64,000 nt of DNA, from the NCBI GenBank assembly GCA_947038265.1, contig CAMQVP010000001.1:188968-252967 (forward strand), read 5' to 3'. The translations under genes were made by a program, and so were the position numbers. Below the pieces are notes generated by a model. The model was not told where the DNA came from, ran no database searches, and saw nothing but the letters and a program-made list of their open reading frames with translations. This document shows, piece after piece, positions 49,075 through 60,221 of the stretch. Each line of letters starts with the position of its first letter. Within the stretch, counting starts at the first letter, position 1. Source of the stretch: an uncultured Roseburia sp. Its GTDB lineage: Bacteria > Bacillota > Clostridia > Lachnospirales > Lachnospiraceae.

Positions 49075-52000
49075 TCACTTCTCCTTTTTCTCTCTAATCC
49101 TGAATAAAAGTTCCTCCTCGGACAGCTCCTCTAATTTCCGGTACGCATATCCCGGCGCCCTTACGTCAAATTGGCAGACGCTTTTGAACTCACAGTAATC
49201 ACAGCCTGTCTTCCCGTCCAGCGAATACGGGTTTGAGCCAATATCCCCCTGAATTATGCGCTGTCCCAAATGCAGTATCGTCTCATTGACATAAGAGGAC
49301 AGCGCCCCAAAGTCTTCTGCCGTCAAAGTTTTGGAAGTCTTTTTCAAACTGCCGTCTTTGTTAATTCCAACCGGAATTACGCTGGAATTTTTGCCCTCTC
49401 CTTCTCTAAGAGAAACATCCAAACTTTCGATCACGTCCCTGTCTGCATTGACAACGCCGTTTAGCTTTAACTCACGGAATATTTTTTCATTTAATTCTTC
49501 CTCTACAAGCGTTTCATCTGCTTCAACCATCGGATCATTGACATGGTAATAGAAAATGCCTGCCGGAACGGCAGTAATTTCAGGATAGCGTTTCTCCATC
49601 AGTTCTAATGCGGCGTTCATATAGACAACTAACTGAAGCTGAAGCCCATGGTAGACGTTTAAGAACTGAAAACTGGTATTTCCCGACTTATAATCAATAA
49701 TTTTCACATATAATTTTTCGTTTTCCTTTAATGTGTCTATGCGGTCAATCCGTCCCCGCAGACGCATTCTTTCTTCTTCACTCAGACGGAAATTAACAGC
49801 ATTTAAATCTTCTGTGTACGAAAACGAAACTTCAAACTCATCCGGCGTAAACCTCCCCTGCCGGACCTGATACAAAAGGGCATGGACTGTCCGTTTTAAT
49901 ATCCGTCGCATCCGCTCTTTGGCATAGTTGCTCCTCGCATTTTCATACAACGCCAAATTGTGGTTTTTCTCCAACGCCAAAGCCATGGATTCTTCCAGAA
50001 GGCTCTCACTCTCCTCTTTCGTAATGGTATGCCAGCTATAATTGTTCTGACGGATGCCCTCAGCAAACAACTGAAGCGCGTCATGGAAAATATTCCCATA
50101 ATCCACGGCATAAAAACCGCTTTCTATGCGTTCCTTTAAATTTAACCCATAAGTAAGGAAATGGGCAAACGCGCAAGATGCAAAATTCTCCAGACGCGTC
50201 ACGCTGTTTTCCAATTCCACGCCATAGAGGGCTTTCGTCACGGAAGCGGAAATCGGCATATCGGCATAGACATACTTTGCCGCCTCAAACAGACGCTTAG
50301 CTTCCTGCCTCCATTCTTCCTTAGATAAATACCAACGGCAGAGAGCCGACCAACAGCGGATTTCATCTTCCCGCTTTTTCCGTTTCCACTCCGCCGCGGA
50401 TTGCAATCCTTCCACTAAAAGCCCACGGGAGCTTTCCGGCGTGGCAATGCGTTCCAGAAAAGGCTCGTCCTCCACTTCGCAGATGCTTAAATTTTCATAT
50501 AGCTTTAAAATCGTATGGATTAAATAGGAACTGCGCATTGCGCTTCCGTCCCCGCTCACCCTTGCATAAGAAAGGTAAAGCTTCTCTGATGGCTTTGTCA
50601 AAGTCAGGTACAAATAAAACTTCTGAATAAACGTCTGTTCCCGCACAGTCGGCGCAAGCTCAAGATTAAAACCCGCCAACTGTTCCCGCTCTGCCGCAGA
50701 AAGGATGCCGTCCGCCCCCTGAGCTTTCGGAATTATGCCATCGTTGACCCCGACGAAAAACAACGCCTTTATATGCTCAAGACGCGTCCGCTCAATGTCC
50801 CCAAAGACAAGGCGGTCATATCCCGGAGGGATAATCCCCACCTTTGCGGCTTCATATCCGGAATCCAAAATACGCGCATATTCTTCCAGCGGAATCGTCT
50901 CGCCGCCTAATAGCTCCGCCATTTTATCAAACAAATCCATGATAATCTGGTAAATCTGGGCATATTCTTTGGCATTCTTTAAATCCCCCGCTTGTTCATA
51001 CGCCAATTCCCTCTGCTTTAGCTGCCTCTCGGCGTCCCTGTCACAGATAAAACGGTAAAATGCTTTTGTCCGCTGCTCCACGGTCAGATTCTTTTCTTTC
51101 ATAATATCATAAAAATCCGCAAACTGGCCTGCTGCTTTTTCACGGATTTCATTCACCGCCATAAGAGATTCCTCGTCGTATCCTTTCGGCAGATAGCAAA
51201 ACGCTTCCTTCCATTTCCGATAACCGCGAATGCCTGCCGCCAGACAATAATTCTCTAATATGTCCACTTCCTTATCCGGAATCTGGGACAAACCGCTTCT
51301 TAAATACCGAAATATGCTCTCCATCGAAAAATCATAAAGGACTGTCTCTAACGCGGCGCGTAAAAATTCCACAAACGGGTGGAACAGCGCCGTCGATTTC
51401 TGATCGAGAAACAATGGTATCCGGTATTTTGCAAACACTTCCTTCGCATAATTGGCATACCCCGCCAAATCCCCGCAGACTACGGCTATCTCCCGATAAT
51501 GGAAGCCTTCCTGTGTCAGGCGGTTTATTTCCCTTGCCACAAAGTGAAGCTCCGCTCTTGGATTTTTAAAACTGTATAGTTTCAGATCCGGCTCGTCTGA
51601 AAGCGTAAACCGCGTTCCCTTTTGCCGGAACAAGTTCTGTTCCAAAAAAAGGAGCTCTTTGGAATGCCCAAAACGGCTCTCTTTGGAATGTGGCAGTACA
51701 ATGGGCTCTCTGACCGGAATATGTATCCTATCCGCCATTTCCCGCAATGATTTTATCATTTTCTTGCTCATTGCAAACAGTTCATGGCTGCCTGCGCACT
51801 GATAGAAACTCTCCCTAACGTCAATCGTCACTGTAACATAAACTTCCTCGGCAATGGCAAACAAACGGTTCAGCAGCAAATTTTGAATCGGCGTAAATCC
51901 GGTAAACCCGTCAAAAAAGATTACGCTTCCTTTTAAGATTTCCGACTGCCCTGCCACATCGGTTAAAAGTTCCAAAATTTCTTCCGCCGTGACAAACCGC

Positions 52001-52512
52001 CCTTCCAAAAAATCCAAAAATCCCTGATACATAATCTGCACATCATGCAGTTTATGCGAAAAACTGCCATCTAAAATATTCTCCGATGCATCCAATAACT
52101 GGGACGGCGCAACATTATACTGTGACAATTCCGAAATCAGGGATTTTAATTCTTCAATATACCCCATTTTCGTGATATTCTTTTTTAAAACAGTCAGTTC
52201 GTCCGCTTTTTCCTCCGCCACCCGCCTTAAAACCAGATTTTTCCCCGTCTCCTCTAAGACCTGCCCGCGGAAACTGCCAAGCTCGTCAAAAATACGGTAC
52301 GCCAGACGGTTAAAACTTAACACGTCAATATTTAAAATACTGTGATTTTTATGTACCGCCGCCAATTCCCTCTGCGTCTGCAATGTAAACTGTTCCGGCA
52401 CTAGAAACAAAAAATTTTTCTTTGGCGAATCTGCCGCCAATTCAACTACTTTATGAGATATAAAATGCGTTTTGCCGCTGCCGGAATTGCCAAAAATAAA
52501 TTGTAATGCCAT
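49075..52512 (-). CDS. addB: ATP-dependent helicase/nuclease subunit B
   Basis: 'MALQFIFGNSGSGKT' and the C-terminal Fe-S cysteine cluster 'CDYCEFKSVC'. The start was refined to ATG 52512. Confidence 0.85.
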   Translation of the reverse strand: MALQFIFGNSGSGKTHFISHKVVELAADSPKKNFLFLVPEQFTLQTQRELAAVHKNHSILNIDVLSFNRLAYRIFDELGSFRGQVLEETGKNLVLRRVAEEKADELTVLKKNITKMGYIEELKSLISELSQYNVAPSQLLDASENILDGSFSHKLHDVQIMYQGFLDFLEGRFVTAEEILELLTDVAGQSEILKGSVIFFDGFTGFTPIQNLLLNRLFAIAEEVYVTVTIDVRESFYQCAGSHELFAMSKKMIKSLREMADRIHIPVREPIVLPHSKESRFGHSKELLFLEQNLFRQKGTRFTLSDEPDLKLYSFKNPRAELHFVAREINRLTQEGFHYREIAVVCGDLAGYANYAKEVFAKYRIPLFLDQKSTALFHPFVEFLRAALETVLYDFSMESIFRYLRSGLSQIPDKEVDILENYCLAAGIRGYRKWKEAFCYLPKGYDEESLMAVNEIREKAAGQFADFYDIMKEKNLTVEQRTKAFYRFICDRDAERQLKQRELAYEQAGDLKNAKEYAQIYQIIMDLFDKMAELLGGETIPLEEYARILDSGYEAAKVGIIPPGYDRLVFGDIERTRLEHIKALFFVGVNDGIIPKAQGADGILSAAEREQLAGFNLELAPTVREQTFIQKFYLYLTLTKPSEKLYLSYARVSGDGSAMRSSYLIHTILKLYENLSICEVEDEPFLERIATPESSRGLLVEGLQSAAEWKRKKREDEIRCWSALCRWYLSKEEWRQEAKRLFEAAKYVYADMPISASVTKALYGVELENSVTRLENFASCAFAHFLTYGLNLKERIESGFYAVDYGNIFHDALQLFAEGIRQNNYSWHTITKEESESLLEESMALALEKNHNLALYENARSNYAKERMRRILKRTVHALLYQVRQGRFTPDEFEVSFSYTEDLNAVNFRLSEEERMRLRGRIDRIDTLKENEKLYVKIIDYKSGNTSFQFLNVYHGLQLQLVVYMNAALELMEKRYPEITAVPAGIFYYHVNDPMVEADETLVEEELNEKIFRELKLNGVVNADRDVIESLDVSLREGEGKNSSVIPVGINKDGSLKKTSKTLTAEDFGALSSYVNETILHLGQRIIQGDIGSNPYSLDGKTGCDYCEFKSVCQFDVRAPGYAYRKLEELSEEELLFRIREKKEK

Positions 52513-52600
52513 AATCGATCCCTTATCCTTTTCTGCCAGAACTGCTTGTATCCTACAATAATTATACAAAAAAGTATCTTACATTACAATAATTTCTCAT

Positions 52601-52978
52601 TTATTCAAAGCCAATCACATAACCCGCTTCATTTTCAAACAATACCGGATACTCCTCTAATGCTTCTTTATGCTTTTTTATAAAATCACTCTTTTTTAAA
52701 ATAACCGCGTACAAAATCCCTTTTTCTTTTATCCGCTTAAAGATCTCCTCTTTCGGATACCGCCACCCGTAAAACTCTCCCAAATCATAGCCGGCCACGC
52801 CTTCATAAAAACAACAGTCCGCATAATCTTCTTTTTCCGTCAAAAGCGGCGTTTCCAGTCCGTCTGTCCGGCAATTTGCCATCACCCATTCATACAACGC
52901 AAGCTGCCCTTTTGACGGATCTGACCGCCCCCCAAGATCGGTAAATCCGGTTCCACGCATAAAGCTCAAACGCCTCAC
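52601..52978 (-). CDS. Hypothetical protein (125 aa)
   Basis: ORF only. It overlaps the 3' end of the pseudogene region. Confidence 0.35.
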   Translation of the reverse strand: MRRLSFMRGTGFTDLGGRSDPSKGQLALYEWVMANCRTDGLETPLLTEKEDYADCCFYEGVAGYDLGEFYGWRYPKEEIFKRIKEKGILYAVILKKSDFIKKHKEALEEYPVLFENEAGYVIGFE

Positions 52979-54760
52979 TGTAATGCCTGTCTACGCCGTT
53001 CCTTTCGTCCATGGAAGAAACAAACCTCCCATCAATGCCGCTAAAAACCAAAATGCCGCAGAGCAAACAGCATCCTAAATTTGCCGCCGCTAATTCCCTG
53101 TTCTTTTTATATAAAATAGAAATCCCGCAAAAGAAAAAATACCAGCTAAATGCCCAAAGAGGATAATAATTCTTATAAAAATAATATTCTGAAATCCTGC
53201 CATACAGCGCGCCAAGCAGCATACACGCCGCAAAAACCAAAAATCCGGTAAAACACACTGCCTGAGGCTGTTTTTTCCTGATCCCCCGTATCCACCCATA
53301 CCCCGCCATTGGCATTAAAAGAATAAAATTTCCAAATAAATTTGAATAAATCCCGCCTTCATTTTGAATGCTTCCTAAAATACTTGTTCCCTGACCGAAG
53401 AAAAAATCAAAATAGCAGAAATAAATCCCCAATGCGCACGGCAGTAAAAACACAAAATGCGTCTCTTTACATTTGGCAGAGAAACGCCTTTTTTTCTCCC
53501 CGCCCCACATCAATTCCAGCCAGACGCAGACAAACGCCACAGGCGCAAACAACATATAGCAGACGCAAAGGGAAAAGCAGGCAAGCATAAGCTGGGCTAA
53601 AACAATTGAACGGCGCTCCATACGCTCCCTCTCCCTTTGCAGAAGTAGCAAAATATATATTAATAACAATACGCCCAATCCCCAGTAAGTGAATGAAAAA
53701 TAAAAACTATGGATCGGATACGCCAGATAATAGAAAGGCACAGTAAGACAAACAAGCGCCGTCAAAAATTTACCTGCCGCAAGCTTCTTTATCCAAACAA
53801 AAAAAATCAAAATCTCCAGCCATTGAAACGCAATATCTGCGGCAATATATCCTTTGTACCATGTTACTTCACGCAAAAAGGCTGTAAAATTTCAAACACC
53901 ATTGCAAACTGAAAATGCGAAAAAAACATTCCTTCCACCTGATTTGTCCGCAAGACCATAGTCGCTTCCCGCAAATGAAGCCCCGCATCAGAATTGGTAT
54001 AGCGGTATTCTGTAAGAAACAGCCCCTGACAGCGCAACAAACAGCAAACTGAATATTCTGGCTGAATATGCAGTCCATACGCCATTCCAATGCAAAAGCC
54101 TTGCAATAGTAATCCCACACGCAGGCGCCAAATAAACGGGAAAAGGAACTGTTTGCTCTGCTTTTTTCCTTGTATACGAAACTGTCTGGGAATCCACTTT
54201 TTCAGTTGAAAACATTTTTCGGTAATAACCCGCAAATTCTTTTTCTCCATAAGTGTATGTCTGACCCTTCCTGTCCTCCTCCCGCATGACAGTGTATCCC
54301 TTGGCATCCGTCTCTTGCTTTTTCATCATTCGATTCGACAAACGGTATGCGCTTGCAAAATGCGTATCTTCATCTGGAGCGGAAAAGGCAGGCAATACTA
54401 ATTGGTACATTATGCCAATGATCAGCAGCATCCAAAAAAGCGGACTTCCATCTTACTTTTTTTCTTTTTATCTCTATACAGTTCTACGAAACCCAAAAGA
54501 GTCATGGACAAAAACGCCAATGCCAAATAGACATTTTTTATAAGAAAGAAGTCTTGTTCTGGAATAAATTGCTTTATGCCAATATTCCAGAAAAACAGAT
54601 AGAGCAATGCCAGACCCGCTTCAAAACCCAAACATGCGAAAACTTTTTTCTTCTCCATTCCCACCTCTTTGCAGTTATTTTTCAATCCATATCCCCCAAA
54701 ATTAAACACAAAAATAGAATACCCCCACGCTATCTGAGCAAGCATTCTATCTCTCAACAA
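52890..54760 (-). pseudogene. Frameshifted GT-C family (PMT/ArnT-like) membrane glycosyltransferase. A protein of about 590 aa is split across at least three frames.
   Basis: Consecutive minus-strand ORFs at 54760-54422, 54431-53988 and 53876-52890 are all polytopic membrane segments. The middle piece carries a 'PDEDTHF' loop motif (DE-motif of GT-C enzymes). The frame breaks sit at homopolymer tracts (aaaaaag / ttttttt near 54425-54450). Confidence 0.4.
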
Positions 54761-55009
54761 AATCTACATACTTTTATATAAATTTACTCTTTCCTAACTG
54801 CCAAAAACCTTTCCTAATCTTTACAGATAAGTCCTTTGCAAAATTTATACTATAGAATATACATAATAATACCACAGAATATTATTTCTGTCAATTAGGC
54901 ATAAAAAAACACGAAAATTGTGGCTTTACATCACATAAAGTCATGCAAAGCACAATTTTCGTGTATATTATTAATATTACAATACTCAGATCATTCCGGC
55001 AAAAACTCT

Positions 55010-55684
55010 CTATTTTGCCGGAAGGTACGGAATCAGCGTTCCTGCCATCTGTCCAATCGGCATAGACTGAAGCAACACGCGTCCCGGTCCCGTCACAACT
55101 GTATTAAATACGCCTTCCCCGCCGAACAGCATATTCTTCACGCCCGGCACTTTCTGGATTTCAATAGAGCAGGTCGCATCCATTGCCGCCAAATATCCGG
55201 TGTCAATGACAATCGACTGTCCTGGAGCAAGGTTATACTCTTTGATATAACCGTCAAATTCCACAAACGCCACGCCGCTTCCCGACAGTTTCTGCATAAT
55301 AAACCCTTCTCCGCCGAACAGCCCACTTCCAACTTTTTTCTGGAAATGCACAGAAAACTCCACTTTATCCGTAGAAGCCAAAAACGCTGTTTTCTGGCAG
55401 ATCATATCACGTCCCGGTGAAATGTCAAATGCGCGGATTGCGCCCGGAAAACTAGAAGCGAACGCAATCTCTCCCGGTCCTCCCATCGCGGTATAGTGGT
55501 TGACAAACATACTCTCTCCACTGAACATTCTGCCAAACATCTTGCCAACGCCGCCGCCCACAGTCTCCATTTTCATATTCGGGGACATCCATGACATTGC
55601 CCCTTTTTCCGTAATCATTTTTTCATTTTGCTCTAACTGGCAGATAACAACTGGCAGCGGTTCTCCTTCGATTGAATATTTCAT
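55010..55684 (-). CDS. AIM24/TIGR00266 family protein
   Basis: 'MKYSIEGEPLPVVICQLEQNEKMITEKGAMSWM' and a length of 224 aa. Confidence 0.7.
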   Translation of the reverse strand: MKYSIEGEPLPVVICQLEQNEKMITEKGAMSWMSPNMKMETVGGGVGKMFGRMFSGESMFVNHYTAMGGPGEIAFASSFPGAIRAFDISPGRDMICQKTAFLASTDKVEFSVHFQKKVGSGLFGGEGFIMQKLSGSGVAFVEFDGYIKEYNLAPGQSIVIDTGYLAAMDATCSIEIQKVPGVKNMLFGGEGVFNTVVTGPGRVLLQSMPIGQMAGTLIPYLPAK

Positions 55685-55697
55685 AACTAATCCTCCT

Positions 55698-56888
55698 CTA
55701 TTTCAACAATGCAACCGTTTCCCGGCAAATTGCAAGTTCTTCATTGGTCGGCGCTAACAACACCGTCACTTTCGAATCAGGGGTCGAAAGAACAGTTTCC
55801 TCGCCGCGTTTCTTGTTCGCTTCTGAATCCAACGCAAGACCCAGATAGCCCAGATAGCTGCAAATCATTTCACGGACTTTCCCGTCATTTTCTCCGACTC
55901 CCGCCGTAAAACAAATCACGTCCACGCCATTCATCGCCGCTGCGTAAGAACCGATATATTTTGCCGCCCGGTAACAGAACATCTCCCTAGCCGTTTTCGC
56001 GCGCGCATTCCCTTCGCTTACCGCTTGATCCAAATCCCTAAAGTCGCTCGACAGTCCCGAAATGCCGTAAACTCCCGACTCTTTATTCAACACGTTTAAC
56101 ATTTCTTCTAAGCTCAAGTTTTCCTTTTTCGCCAAAAATTCTATGGCGGAAGGATCAATGTCTCCGGAACGCGTCCCCATAATCAGCCCCTCTAACGGGG
56201 AAAGCCCCATGGAAGTGTCAACAGACTTGCCATTTTTCACTGCGCAGATGCTTGAGCCGTTTCCCAGATGGCAGACAATCGTTTTTAAACTGTCATAGGG
56301 TTTTCCCAAAAACTCCGCCGCCCGTTTCGACACATAACTGTGGCTCGTGCCGTGAAAGCCGTATTTCCGCGCCTTATATTTTTCATAATATTCATATGGA
56401 ATGCCATACAGATACGCTTCTTTCGGCATTGTCTGATGAAATGCCGTGTCAAACACGCCCGCCATCGGCACATCTTTCAATACCTCCTGACAGGCTCTCA
56501 CGCCGATTAAATTCGCCGGATTATGCAAAGGCGCTAAATCCGAACATTCTTCCACTGCTGTAATGACTTCCTCATTAATTAAAACAGAAGCCGCAAACTT
56601 TTCACCGCCATGCACAAGACGATGCCCTACAGCTTCAATTTCATCTAAACTCTGAAAAATTCCTGTGTCCGGATTCACTAAGGCATCCAAAACCATACGG
56701 ACCGCCTCCGTATGCGTCGGCATCGGCGCCTCCGTAATCTCCTTTTCGCCGTCTTTCGGCTGATAAACCAATCTGCCGTCAATCCCTATCCGCTCACAAA
56801 GCCCCTTTGCAAGAACTTCTTCACTTTCTGAATTGATCACCTGATATTTCAGCGACGAACTGCCGCAGTTAATTACTAATACGTTCAT
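55698..56888 (-). CDS. ackA: Acetate kinase
   Basis: 'MNVLVINCGSSSLKYQV', 'GFHGTSH', and a length of 396 aa. Confidence 0.9.
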   Translation of the reverse strand: MNVLVINCGSSSLKYQVINSESEEVLAKGLCERIGIDGRLVYQPKDGEKEITEAPMPTHTEAVRMVLDALVNPDTGIFQSLDEIEAVGHRLVHGGEKFAASVLINEEVITAVEECSDLAPLHNPANLIGVRACQEVLKDVPMAGVFDTAFHQTMPKEAYLYGIPYEYYEKYKARKYGFHGTSHSYVSKRAAEFLGKPYDSLKTIVCHLGNGSSICAVKNGKSVDTSMGLSPLEGLIMGTRSGDIDPSAIEFLAKKENLSLEEMLNVLNKESGVYGISGLSSDFRDLDQAVSEGNARAKTAREMFCYRAAKYIGSYAAAMNGVDVICFTAGVGENDGKVREMICSYLGYLGLALDSEANKKRGEETVLSTPDSKVTVLLAPTNEELAICRETVALLK

Positions 56889-57051
56889 ATTAGCGGAATC
56901 CCTCCTTCATACAATTTCTTTATAAAAAGTATAATCCTTTTTGAAATGGGAAACAATGTCAAATAACTTTTTTCATGTATTAAATTTGAAACATCTGGCA
57001 CTCCATGTTAGAGTAGAGGAAGCATGCTAGAACAAACGGGGAGGAAACCAA

Positions 57052-58302
57052 ATGAAAGCCGTCGGAATTATCGCAGAATACAATCCATTCCACAATGGAC
57101 ACGCCTATCAGCTCACACAGGCAAAAAAACTGGCAAAAGCCGATTATGCCATTGTTGCTTTAAGCGGAAATTTTACGCAAAGGGGCGCGCCCGCCATTCT
57201 GGATAAATTCAGCCGGACCGCTATGGCGCTGCATAACGGCGCGGATTTCGTCTTTGAACTCCCTACGCTTTGGGCGGTTTCGTCCGCTGAATACTTTGCC
57301 GCGGCAGGCGTCACCCTTTTTCATCTGCTCGGCTGCATCGATACGCTCTGTTTCGGCTGTGAAACGCCGGATTTCCCGCTGATCGGCCTGACTGCAAGAC
57401 TGCTCGCCGAAGAACCGGACGCATATCAAGATTCCGTTTCCCGCTTTTTAAAACAGGGGGTTTCCTTCCCTGCCGCAAGAGAGCAGTCCCTGCTTTCCAT
57501 TCTCAAACAACAGTCCCCAAACACAAAAGAGAGCGATTTACGGGCGCTCTTACAGTCCCCAAATAATATTCTCGCCCTAGAATATCAAAAAGCCCTTATC
57601 CGGCTCCATTCCCCGATTTGCCCGCTTCCCATTTTACGGGACGGCTCCGGCTACCACGATACAAAATTAAACAAAACGCATTGTTCCGCTTCCGCCCTCC
57701 GCCGCCATCTTCTACAGCCGCGCCGCCCCCTAGCAGAAATTGCCGCCTATGCCCCGCCTGAAACAATACGCCAATTAAATGCGGCGGAAGGATATTTTTT
57801 ATCCGAACAGGATTTTTCCCAAATCCTATTTTACAAATTACTCTCAGAACGGGCGGAAGGATTTTCCGGTTATGCCGACAACTCAGAAGATCTTTCCAAC
57901 AAAATTATAAAACGCATCCGCAATTTTACGGATTTTACAGCTTTTTGCAAAGAGCTCAAAAGCAAAGACGTCACCTATACGCGTATAAGCCGAGCTCTGA
58001 CGCATATCCTGTTAAACCATCGGAAAAAAGACTATGAATCCGCCAGAAACTGCGGAACCGTCCCTTATCTGCGTTTGTTAGGCTACCGGAAAGACGCCGC
58101 GGATTTTTTCCCTGAAATCAAAAAAAATGCCGCCGTCCCAATCGTTGCAAGGCCTGCAAAAGACGCCGCGGCGCTTTCAAAAGACGCCGCGGCATTGTTT
58201 CAGCATGATGTATTTGCATCTGATTTATACTATGGCGTTTTTGCCCAAAAAAGCAACACTCCGCCCAAAAATGAATTACAGCAAAAACTGCTTATCGTTT
58301 AA
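57052..58302 (+). CDS. tmcAL: tRNA(Met) cytidine acetate ligase (UPF0348/YlbM family nucleotidyltransferase)
   Basis: The N-terminus 'GIIAEYNPFHNGHAYQL' carries the HxGH-type nucleotidyltransferase motif. RBS GGAGGAAACC. Confidence 0.8.
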   Translation: MKAVGIIAEYNPFHNGHAYQLTQAKKLAKADYAIVALSGNFTQRGAPAILDKFSRTAMALHNGADFVFELPTLWAVSSAEYFAAAGVTLFHLLGCIDTLCFGCETPDFPLIGLTARLLAEEPDAYQDSVSRFLKQGVSFPAAREQSLLSILKQQSPNTKESDLRALLQSPNNILALEYQKALIRLHSPICPLPILRDGSGYHDTKLNKTHCSASALRRHLLQPRRPLAEIAAYAPPETIRQLNAAEGYFLSEQDFSQILFYKLLSERAEGFSGYADNSEDLSNKIIKRIRNFTDFTAFCKELKSKDVTYTRISRALTHILLNHRKKDYESARNCGTVPYLRLLGYRKDAADFFPEIKKNAAVPIVARPAKDAAALSKDAAALFQHDVFASDLYYGVFAQKSNTPPKNELQQKLLIV

Positions 58303-59477
58303 TGATGGAACAAACGAAGTCCGGTAAAACTCATCACCATTTTGTATTTATTGCAAGTGGCGATCACATGGTCGTCCCGTACAGAACCGCCCGGCTGCGC
58401 CACATACTTCACGCCGCTCTTATGCGCGCGTTCAATATTGTCGCCAAACGGGAAAAACGCATCCGATCCAAGCGTGACCCCTGTCATCTGATCCAGCCAT
58501 GCCCGCTTTTCCTCTTTTGTGAAAACGTCCGGCTTTACTTTAAAAATGGTTTCCCAAACGCCGTCCGCTAACACATCTATGTATTCCTCCCCGATATAAA
58601 GATCAATCGCGTTGTCCCGATCTGCGCGGCGAATCCCCTCTACAAACTGTAGGTTCAACACCTTCGGCGACTGACGTAAAAACCAGTTGTCTGCTTTCTG
58701 CCCTGCCAGCCTTGTGCAATGGATACGGCTCTGCTGGCCCGCCCCGATGCCGATTGCCTGTCCGTCTTTGACGTAGCAGACGGAATTAGACTGTGTATAT
58801 TTTAGCGTAATCATGGAAATTGCCAAATCAATTTTTGCCTGCTCTGTCAGTTCTTTTTCTTCCGTCACAATATTTTGGAAAAATGCATCATCGATCTTTA
58901 GTTCATTTCTTCCCTGTTCAAACGTAACGCCAAATACCTGTTTCTTCTCAATCGGATCAGGTTGATAAGAAGGATCTGCTTCAATGACATTGTAAGCGCC
59001 ACTTTTCTTCGCTTTTAAAATTTCAAGCGCTTCCGGATCATACCCCGGCGCAATTACGCCGTCTGAAACTTCCCGCTTTATAATGAGCGCCGTCTCCTTG
59101 TCACAAGTATCCGAAAGCGAAATAAAATCACCAAAAGAGGACATGCGGTCCGCCCCTCTCGCCCTTGCATAAGCGTTGGCAAGCGGCGTAAATTCCATAT
59201 CCATGTCTTCCACCCAGTAAATCTTTTTCTCTACTTCCGATAATGGAAGCCCGACAGCCGCGCCGGCCGGAGAAACATGCTTAAACGAAGCCGCCGCCGC
59301 AAGTCCCGTGGCCTCTTTTAATTCTTTCACCAACTGCCAGCCGTTTAATGCATCCAAAAAATTAATATATCCCGGCTTGCCGCTCAATACCTTAATTGGC
59401 AATTCCCCATTTTCCACATAAATCCGCGATGGTTTCTGATTCGGATTGCATCCATATTTTAACTCTAATTCCTTCAT
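58299..59477 (-). CDS. purH: Phosphoribosylaminoimidazolecarboxamide formyltransferase (stand-alone AICARFT domain, without the MGS-like cyclohydrolase domain)
   Basis: 'LKYGCNPNQKPSRIY' and a length of 392 aa. Confidence 0.8.
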   Translation of the reverse strand: MKELELKYGCNPNQKPSRIYVENGELPIKVLSGKPGYINFLDALNGWQLVKELKEATGLAAAASFKHVSPAGAAVGLPLSEVEKKIYWVEDMDMEFTPLANAYARARGADRMSSFGDFISLSDTCDKETALIIKREVSDGVIAPGYDPEALEILKAKKSGAYNVIEADPSYQPDPIEKKQVFGVTFEQGRNELKIDDAFFQNIVTEEKELTEQAKIDLAISMITLKYTQSNSVCYVKDGQAIGIGAGQQSRIHCTRLAGQKADNWFLRQSPKVLNLQFVEGIRRADRDNAIDLYIGEEYIDVLADGVWETIFKVKPDVFTKEEKRAWLDQMTGVTLGSDAFFPFGDNIERAHKSGVKYVAQPGGSVRDDHVIATCNKYKMVMSFTGLRLFHH

Positions 59478-59495
59478 CGTTTTACACTCTCCTGC

Positions 59496-60209
59496 TTAAC
59501 TGTTCTTGTTGATAATTCTGGATTCATAAGCCCCTGACGCTAAGTCAATATAACGCGCAAATAAAGAGACTTTATTCTGGGCATTCAAATTCTCCCAAAT
59601 TTTGCCTGCAAACGTGTCGATGTCTCCTTCTATCGCCACCCGCTTCGGCTCTCCCTCAAAAGATGGCAGAGGGTTGCCGTCCTGTTGGTAGGTATGGATA
59701 AAATGCCCTTCCCCATTCAGCGGATTCTCATACGCAAACGTATAACGGCAGCAAGAAGCCGGATTGCCGTCACTGCTTTTTAAAATAGACATCGCATAGT
59801 TATATCCGCCGTTCTCAATATGCAAAATACCGGAAATCCTTGGCGTGAAATTTGGCGCATCCGGTTCAAATTCACGGCTTCTAAGCGCCTGTTCAAATGT
59901 CTGCTGCCTGTCCATCCCTTCGTAAATCGTATCCGTCTGGTCTCCGTTCGTGACAATCGTCTTGTTTCCAAGCACACGGACCGGAGCATAAATAATCAGG
60001 CTTGGATCGCTTAATTTCGCCGGATCAAAAGCCTGTGTGCGTATGCCCTCCCCATCTTCTACAAAGATACGGTTCCGGCTGTTTTCACTTCTCCCCATAA
60101 TAAAATATGCCATTACGGCAAACAAGCCGTCTTTGCTCTTTCCAATTATAATTCCCCTGCCCGGATAAGGATTGTTTGAAAGCTGTCCTTCTAATGATTG
60201 TAATTCCAT
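59496..60209 (-). CDS. purO: PurO-type (archaeal-type) IMP cyclohydrolase
   Basis: 'NPYPGRGIIIGKSKDGLFAVMAYFIMGRSENSRNR' matches the IMP_cyclohyd fold. The gene lies directly upstream of the AICARFT gene. Confidence 0.65.
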   Translation of the reverse strand: MELQSLEGQLSNNPYPGRGIIIGKSKDGLFAVMAYFIMGRSENSRNRIFVEDGEGIRTQAFDPAKLSDPSLIIYAPVRVLGNKTIVTNGDQTDTIYEGMDRQQTFEQALRSREFEPDAPNFTPRISGILHIENGGYNYAMSILKSSDGNPASCCRYTFAYENPLNGEGHFIHTYQQDGNPLPSFEGEPKRVAIEGDIDTFAGKIWENLNAQNKVSLFARYIDLASGAYESRIINKNS

Positions 60210-60221
60210 AAGTTCCTCCTG

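Noticed and set aside
53864-54307. 147-aa ORF overlapping the 53988-54431 ORF in another frame
   Set aside because: The two frames are open over the same DNA. The 53988-54431 frame carries the membrane and DE-motif features. The other is most likely a chance open frame inside the pseudogene region.
58140-58200. 18-bp tandem duplication 'aaagacgccgcggcgctttc / aaagacgccgcggcattg' inside tmcAL
   Set aside because: An in-frame duplication giving PAKDAAALSKDAAAL near the C-terminus. It is a minor length polymorphism, not a separate feature.
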